A stretch of DNA of 64,000 nt from the NCBI GenBank assembly GCA_023460795.1, contig JAEWPC010000026.1:2989-66988 (forward strand). The letters run 5' to 3'. The first letter of the stretch is position 1, and each line of letters opens with the position of its first letter. A program made the position numbers and the translations under genes. Below the pieces are notes generated by a model. That model did not search any database. It had not been told where the DNA came from and saw only the letters and a list, made by a program, of their open reading frames with translations. This document shows, in pieces, positions 58,957 through 64,000 of this stretch. Source of the DNA: Bacillota bacterium. GTDB lineage: Bacteria > Bacillota > Bacilli > Paenibacillales > Paenibacillaceae.

Positions 58957-59139
58957 TTAGCGAAACCATTTCCATGCCAGCCACAGAAGAAGCAGCAGCA
59001 CGATGAATCCGCCGGACATCCATACGAGAATCACGAACAGCTTCAGGAATACGATGAGCAAAATGACGGTAATTATACCTCCGAACAGATTGCGAATGAT
59101 CCGATTCCATCCGAAGTCTCCACCTCTTCTGCGAAACAC
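58957..59139 (-). CDS. Small hypothetical membrane protein (60 aa)
   Basis: AAGGGAGG RBS, GTG start, two hydrophobic segments. Confidence 0.65.
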   Translation of the reverse strand: MFRRRGGDFGWNRIIRNLFGGIITVILLIVFLKLFVILVWMSGGFIVLLLLLWLAWKWFR

Positions 59140-59173
59140 GCGAACGCCTCCCTTGCCGCCGCCCGAACAACGC

Positions 59174-59218
59174 AAAACTCCCCGCGCCATTCGCCGAATG
59201 AACGGCGGCACGGGGAGT
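59174..59218 (-). terminator. Probable clpC terminator
   Basis: ACTCCCCGTGCC...GGCGCGGGGAGT-TTT hairpin. Confidence 0.6.
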
Positions 59219-59341
59219 CGTTCGAACCGCTTAGCGCTTATGCTAGCTTATGGCTAGGCGCGCCCGGAGGTTCTAATATAATCATTTGATTATGCGATTA
59301 TTTAGGGATCTAACCTTAAACCCTCTAATTTTTAACCTGGT

Positions 59342-61786
<2,445 letters not shown>

Positions 61787-61823
61787 GAGACAACACCTCC
61801 CTATTAAAGTTAGAATAAAGCAT

Positions 61824-62891
61824 TTATGAATTTGTTGCCAGTCGCGAGCGAATAAATTGGGCTCTCGACCGATCCCGGTCGTCCGGGCTCATCGCTTCTC
61901 CGTACGTAATCTGAAGGAAACCCGGTTGGGTCGCCACGATCAATTCGTTCAGCGTACGGTCGTTCAGTTCCGGCATCAAGCCAAGATGAACGCCAAGCCT
62001 CAGGTCCGACAGCCGCTGCGCGGCTTCTTTCGAATCCATGATAATCGCCTGCGACAACACGCCGTAAGAGCGGCGGATGCGATCCTCGACCCGAGGGCGA
62101 TTGTCCGCGAACAGCTTGCCTCTCGCGGCTCTCTCGTGCTCGATCATCTGCCTGGCGACCTGGTGCAAATTCTCGATGATCTCCTGCTCGGATTGCCCCA
62201 GCGTAATCTGGTTGGACACCTGGAACAGGTTGCCCGTCGCTTCGCTGCCTTCTCCGTACAGACCTCTCACGGCCAGACCGACTTGGGTGACGGCGGTCAG
62301 AATGCGATTGATCTGTCCGGTCATGACTAGCGCGGGCAGATGCATCATGACGGATACGCGAATGCCCGTGCCTACGTTGGTCGGACAGCTCGTTAAGTAA
62401 CCGTGCTTCTCGTCGAAGGCGTAATCTACTTGCTCCTCGAATATATCGTCGATCTTCGTGGCTCGATCCCATGTCTCCCTAATCTGAAAACCCGGGCTAA
62501 GACATTGGATGCGAAGATGGTCTTCTTCGTTAATCATGATGCTGATGTCTTCTATATTGCTTAATATTAATGCGCCGCCCCGCGATTCATTCGCCAAATT
62601 CGGGCTGATGAGATGCTTCTCGACCATGACAAGCTTCTCGAGCTCGGTGAGCTCGGACAACCGAATTTGCTCCAGCTTGCCGAGTCCGTTCAGCCTGCCG
62701 CTCTCGGCGACTCCGAGCAGTTGGTCCGCCACTGCCGCGGAATGAGCTGGCGTCGCCATCAACGGAAATGGCATTCCCCGCAAGTTGCGGGCGATCCGCA
62801 CGCGACTGCTGATCACGACATCGGAGTCCGCGGCGTCTGCCGTATCCATCCACTCGCTGAGCGCCTGCTTCACATATTTTCGATTGGCCAT
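61824..62891 (-). CDS. mcsB: Protein arginine kinase McsB
   Basis: [14 protein letters not shown] and SCPTNVGTG motifs. Confidence 0.97.
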   Translation of the reverse strand: MANRKYVKQALSEWMDTADAADSDVVISSRVRIARNLRGMPFPLMATPAHSAAVADQLLGVAESGRLNGLGKLEQIRLSELTELEKLVMVEKHLISPNLANESRGGALILSNIEDISIMINEEDHLRIQCLSPGFQIRETWDRATKIDDIFEEQVDYAFDEKHGYLTSCPTNVGTGIRVSVMMHLPALVMTGQINRILTAVTQVGLAVRGLYGEGSEATGNLFQVSNQITLGQSEQEIIENLHQVARQMIEHERAARGKLFADNRPRVEDRIRRSYGVLSQAIIMDSKEAAQRLSDLRLGVHLGLMPELNDRTLNELIVATQPGFLQITYGEAMSPDDRDRSRAQFIRSRLATNS

Positions 62892-62908
62892 CGCGTCTTC
62901 CCTGCCTT

Positions 62909-63424
62909 TCAACCGCTCATTTCTTTCTCAAGCTCGCGTATGCGATCTCGCAACTGGGCTGCCGACTCGAAATCCTCCCGCTCGATGCGGCTTTGCATCT
63001 CTTTCTTCAGACGATCGATCTCCCGTCTCATCCTCAGTCGCCCGCCCGCGCGCTTCGGCACCTTGCCTACGTGGACGGTGTTGCCGTGCACTCTCTTCAG
63101 CAGAGGGTCCAGCCGTTCCGCGAACTGCTTGTAGCAATGGCTGCAGCCGAATCGTCCGATCTTGCTGAACTGCGCGTAGGTCATCCCGCACGTCTCGCAC
63201 TTGATCGCGGCTTGCTGCTTGGCCATCGCGCTCGCCCCCGAAGTCTCGAAGTCGAGCAAACCCGAAATCAGATTATGGATGGAGAACCCGCTCTGCGTGC
63301 CCGGAATCAGCTCGCCTTTCTCGCGGGCGCACGATTCGCAAATATGGAGCTCGGTCTTCTCTCCGTTCACGATCTTCGTAAAATGCAGCGTAGCCGGACG
63401 CTTGCCGCATTCTTGGCATTGCAT
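62909..63424 (-). CDS. mcsA: McsB activator McsA
   Basis: Four CxxC motifs and a C-terminal UVR domain. Confidence 0.96.
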   Translation of the reverse strand: MQCQECGKRPATLHFTKIVNGEKTELHICESCAREKGELIPGTQSGFSIHNLISGLLDFETSGASAMAKQQAAIKCETCGMTYAQFSKIGRFGCSHCYKQFAERLDPLLKRVHGNTVHVGKVPKRAGGRLRMRREIDRLKKEMQSRIEREDFESAAQLRDRIRELEKEMSG

Positions 63425-63470
63425 GGCATCGCCTCCTTTGTAAGGTACCGTTAGCGAACAGGCGGCGTCG

Positions 63471-63932
63471 CTACTTGGCGAGCAGCGTAATCAGCATCGC
63501 CTTGAGCAGCTTGGCGCGAATTTGATCTCTGAGCGGAAGGCCGATCGTCAAGTTCTCTCGGCTCATCGCCGCCCGAATGAGCCGAGCCTCTCGCTCCGAT
63601 AGGAATTCGGCTTCCTCGAGCTGGTAGATGAGTCCTTCCGCCGCGGTCTGATCGATCTCCGTCCCGACCGTTTGGCTTACGTGCCTCTGCACGGCTTCGA
63701 GCGACGGAAGATCGACGCGCTGAATGCGGATGTATCCGCCGCCTCCGCGTTTGCTCTCTACGTAGTATCCCTTCTCCAACGTAAAACGCGTGCTGATCAC
63801 GTAGTTAATCTGAGAAGGGACGCACGAAAATTTGTCAGCTAGTTCGCTCCTTTGGATTTCGACGGAACCTTCCGAGCTGTCTTGCAGAATCTGCTTCAAG
63901 TAATGTTCGATTAGATCAGAAATGTTACGCAT
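63471..63932 (-). CDS. ctsR: Class III heat-shock repressor CtsR
   Basis: NISDLIE, CVPSQINYVI and ESKRGGGGYIRI motifs. Confidence 0.97.
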   Translation of the reverse strand: MRNISDLIEHYLKQILQDSSEGSVEIQRSELADKFSCVPSQINYVISTRFTLEKGYYVESKRGGGGYIRIQRVDLPSLEAVQRHVSQTVGTEIDQTAAEGLIYQLEEAEFLSEREARLIRAAMSRENLTIGLPLRDQIRAKLLKAMLITLLAK

Positions 63933-63954
63933 CGTTCATCTCCTTCCGGAGTGC

Positions 63955-63991
63955 TCTGACTTTGACTTTCTTTGACTATACACTTATTATA
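63955..63991 (-). promoter_or_regulatory. CtsR operator and -10 element of the ctsR operon
   Basis: AGTCAAA-GAA-AGTCAAA-GTCAGA heptad repeats downstream of TATAAT (63991-63986). Confidence 0.88.
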
Positions 63992-64000
63992 CGCATTTTC

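Noticed and set aside
58835..59170. 111-aa minus-strand ORF upstream of radA
   Set aside because: Runs through a terminator and promoter, lacks an RBS and overlaps the better-supported 60-aa ORF
59244..59271. Sigma-K-like promoter (AC-N17-CATAAGCTA) for the small membrane gene
   Set aside because: Low-information match, and it lies upstream of a terminator-like hairpin

Overview
Core-genome window from a spore-forming, moderately GC-rich member of the Paenibacillaceae (Cohnella/Paenibacillus-like, inferred from gene order and protein features such as the [16 protein letters not shown] start of L24). Almost everything is on the minus strand: ctsR-mcsA-mcsB-clpC, radA-disA, pssA, yacL-ispD-ispF-gltX, T-box-cysE-cysS-mrnC-rlmB-rae1-sigH, rpmG-secE-nusG-rplKA-rplJL-ybxB-rpoBC, rpsL-rpsG-fusA-tuf, the S10-spc-alpha ribosomal cluster, truA, rplM-rpsI, cysH, cwlD-mrp and gerD (plus strand). 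No rRNA, tRNA, CRISPR array, integrase or transposase was seen. There are five main departures from the conserved backbone. (1) radA is an AT-rich, divergent, apparently foreign copy; two short fragments of a GC-rich native radA and an att-like inverted repeat survive just upstream of disA. (2) A LacI regulator and a cysD-cysN ATP sulfurylase, whose CysN has an unrecognised C-terminal domain, sit next to cysH, where Bacilli normally use sat. (3) A 5.5-copy 51-bp palindromic tandem array lies between mrnC and rlmB. (4) The L7Ae-family gene ybxF is reduced to a 15-codon remnant, with an ABC transporter pair between rpoC and rpsL. (5) Two plus-strand membrane-protein genes lie between tuf and rpsJ. 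All calls come from reading the sequence and recognising motifs; no searches were run.
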